Shown here in pieces: positions 39,896 through 64,000 of a stretch of DNA of 64,000 nt (its first letter is position 1; the number at the start of each line of letters is the position of its first letter). The position numbers were made by a program, and so were the translations under genes. A model generated the notes under the pieces. The model saw only the letters and a program-made list of their open reading frames with translations. It had not been told where the DNA came from and ran no database searches. This stretch comes from the human T2T-CHM13v2.0 reference genome, Homo sapiens: assembly GCF_009914755.1 (NCBI RefSeq), contig NC_060931.1. The stretch is one strand, 5' to 3'.

Positions 39896-40196
39896 CGTAC
39901 AGAGTGGCTTCCTGGCCCCACTCACACACGTTTCAGGGAGAGGAGGCTCGTGCCCCTTCCAGGCTGTTTGTCCTTCTTCAGCACCCTTGCTGGTTAGCCC
40001 TGACCCGGCACCTGCTGTTCTCTGCCTCACTGCAGCCTCCTCCCTGGTCCTGCCTCCCTTGGTGATAGAAAGGCCATCTCCCCACAGCCCCAGTTGTCCC
40101 TGCTCCCCACCTGGCAGGCCTGCCCACGTGTGGTCCCCCAGTTCCCTCTTGGCCTCCCCTCCTGGCCCTGCCACCCTGACAGTTGATCCTGCCCTC

Positions 40197-45267
<5,071 letters not shown>

Positions 45268-45467
45268 TTACTTGCTGATCAGCAGTGGGTCGCCTTTCTG
45301 ACACAGGTATCTGGGCTCCTGGCTTGCTGCTTTCTCCTTGGAGTCTGTGTCCTCAGTCAGCTTGGGCCTGGGGTGCAGGGGAAGAGATGCATCTGTACAG
45401 CTGCGGAATCCTGGTGTAAGCTCAAGAGAGCCTCTAAGGGCAGCTGTCCCAACAAGAGCAGGGACCA

Positions 45468-49492
<4,025 letters not shown>

Positions 49493-49528
49493 TGTGCACT
49501 CTTTTTATGTCCGACTTCTTTCACTTGA

Positions 49529-56077
<6,549 letters not shown>

Positions 56078-56776
56078 CAACAGTAGGTTCTTCATACTGG
56101 AGGCTGCTGGGGGGGGGTTCAGGAGGGCTGGAGGTTAATTTTGGGAGCGTTCCCTGGGAGTAGTGTTTCTGGGGATTTGTGTCCTCTGGGCGGCTGTAGG
56201 TGTGTTGTCATGGGAATTCCAGATCATGGCTCTGTGCCAGGCACCATGGCTCAGGCTGGGTTCCCAGAGAGGAGAGACTATGGCCCTGCCTGAAGTTGCC
56301 TGTAAGCTCCCAGGTGGCATGACGAAGACAGACAAGAACAGCATACTCTCTCCTCCTTGGCTCCACATGTGATCCTGAGGTCTCTGTGGGCCGAAGGTCC
56401 TGAGAGACTTCCTGGAGGAGGTGGCATCAGGCTAGGTGTCAGTAGGTAATGCAAATAGGAGAAGTGAAGCAGGTGGGAGAAAAGACACAGGTGGCCTCTG
56501 GGAGGTGGGACAGTGTCAGGCGGGTGGTAAGGACTGCAGGGTCATCTGCAGGAGCCTCCAGTGTCAGGGACAGGGTTCTCACGCCTGATCTCTGCCTCAG
56601 AGGGGATGCTGGCTGGTTGGGAGGCCAGACCGGCTGTGTGATGACCTGTGGTGTCTGACCAGCTGGGCTGATCACCACAAGCCACTCAGACCTGAGTGCT
56701 ATGTCCTAAGGAGGTGAGAATGGTGTCCTGGACTTCTCACCTCTTGGGTAAGTATCATTCATTCATTCATTCATAA

Positions 56777-57457
<681 letters not shown>

Positions 57458-57459
57458 TC

Positions 57460-59888
<2,429 letters not shown>

Positions 59889-59890
59889 CT

Positions 59891-64000
<4,110 letters not shown>

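Noticed and set aside
39563-39990. TCAGCACC half-sites as RE1 elements
   Set aside because: No GGACAG right half at canonical spacing.

Overview
Primate (almost certainly human) genomic DNA, GC-rich and very Alu-dense (by eye about half the window, roughly 100 or more copies and fragments). The left end holds the 5' end of RFC2 on the minus strand: CpG-island promoter at ~2350-3200, coding exon 1 (2565-2677) and exon 2 (723-792), which splice in frame to [61 protein letters not shown]. About 35 kb further on, a second CpG island (~37430-38800) carries a plus-strand non-coding first exon ending at a donor after 38007. From the known gene order at 7q11.23 (Williams-Beuren region) this is CLIP2 exon 1, and the rest of the window is its intron 1. 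The remainder is Alu, L1, L2, MIR and MaLR-LTR sequence, a tailless U6 retrocopy and a young AluYa5. Almost all ORFs in the supplied track are Alu-derived or GC-rich artefacts. I see no evidence of a new gene, RNA or defence-type system. The most unusual signal is mutational. Two Alus carry insertions that match sequence 2.1 kb and 2.7 kb downstream, both at the same Alu core position, and several other Alus carry snap-back or slippage scars. A triple tandem array of a 16-bp palindrome (24311-24365) and a donor-like splice site duplicated as an Alu TSD in RFC2 intron 1 are also notable. Repeat boundaries and subfamily calls were made by eye and are approximate.
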